Source: Amphiscolops sp. MND2022 (taxonomy: Eukaryota). From it: 64,000 bases of DNA. Made by a program: the position numbers and the translations under genes. Below, in pieces: positions 63,141 to 64,000 of the stretch (position 1 is the stretch's first letter; every line of letters begins with the position of its first letter). Under the pieces are notes generated by a model. That model made no database searches. It was given only the letters and a program-made list of their open reading frames with translations, and was not told the DNA's origin. Location: contig OZ076409.1 of NCBI GenBank assembly GCA_964187785.1, positions 59,460,001 to 59,524,000 on the forward strand, given 5' to 3'.

Positions 63141-64000
63141 CCTTATTTCAACACTAACTAGAAACCAAGTCATTAAAAGAAGGAAGGACTAAAAGTTTCT
63201 AAGAAATTATATCTTCGTTTAGGCAAGCTCCAATCGAAATCTGAAATGAACCAAATGATTACCATTTTTGCGCATACTCCAAGTGGGATGGGAAAATAAA
63301 TCACCCAACAGCGTCAAATTGAATTATGAGGAAAATTTCACGGAAGGAAAAACTTTTTTAGTGTGGACGGTTCCTCTTTGGTGTGTTTATGACATTGCAC
63401 GACTTTTGTAGTTTGAGTTGGGTTTTCACCAATTAGCCCCAGGTCGGGTGTTAGCATCTAACCACTGTCGAAAACCTGTATCTTTTCAAATTGAACGTTG
63501 ATGACACCGTTTCGATAAATCCCAGTATTGAATGAATGATTGATGAATCCCAGTATCCCAGGTGTCCCAGCTATTACCAAGAGTCGGATATGGCCAGTGT
63601 TGAATTTTTGTGTCTTATCAGTTCAATCAATAAGATTACCACTTTTTGTTATAAAACATATAGTGACGGTAATTTCAATTATTAACGTTTTTCCAGGAAT
63701 ATCTTGCGAAGGCGAAGGCATGGGAAATACTTTCTTTCGAGTTGCCATTTTGAACCTTTTTGTGCAGATTTACAAGACTGTTTTTCAGATCTCTAGATAC
63801 TTTTTAAAGTTCAAATTCGGATGTTTTTGCCAAATAATTTGAGGCTGAAAGTCGTCTGTTTTTAGAAAGACGTATTAGCATAATATACGAAAAAACCGCA
63901 GTGCTACTGCGCTTCTTGTAATAACTATTCTATCATAGCTGATATTCGTTGCAAGTTCCTATTTTTGTTTTTTTTTCAGTTTTTGATTTCGTAATTGAAA

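Overview
AT-rich, repeat-dense animal (invertebrate-type) genomic DNA; no prokaryotic features, CRISPR arrays or intact RNA genes were seen. (1) 1-~5.8 kb: the 5' half of a young BEL/Pao LTR retrotransposon on the minus strand (putative LTR, PBS, gag with DUF1759 and zinc knuckles, protease, RT with YMDD, running off the window). It carries an unexpected intact 199-aa ORF upstream of gag with the motif order of an SGNH/GDSL hydrolase. (2) 12.8-61.5 kb: a ~49-kb, roughly 10-exon plus-strand host gene that the ORF track does not reveal. Spliced by eye it encodes ~720 aa with a C2 domain, a Sec5-like IPT/TIG domain and a Rab11-FIP-RBD-like coiled coil, and it needs one GC-AG intron. (3) Its introns and flanks are filled with TEs: a decayed full-length Ty3/Gypsy element, three solo LTRs with TSDs (two of them large, with ORFs starting inside the LTR), a BEL/Pao pol relic, a Tigger/pogo element, EnSpm-like and Merlin-like MITEs, many DINE-1/Helentron-like elements (some with tRNA-like A/B boxes), long palindromes and small satellites. 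All calls are by manual reading; no database search was run.
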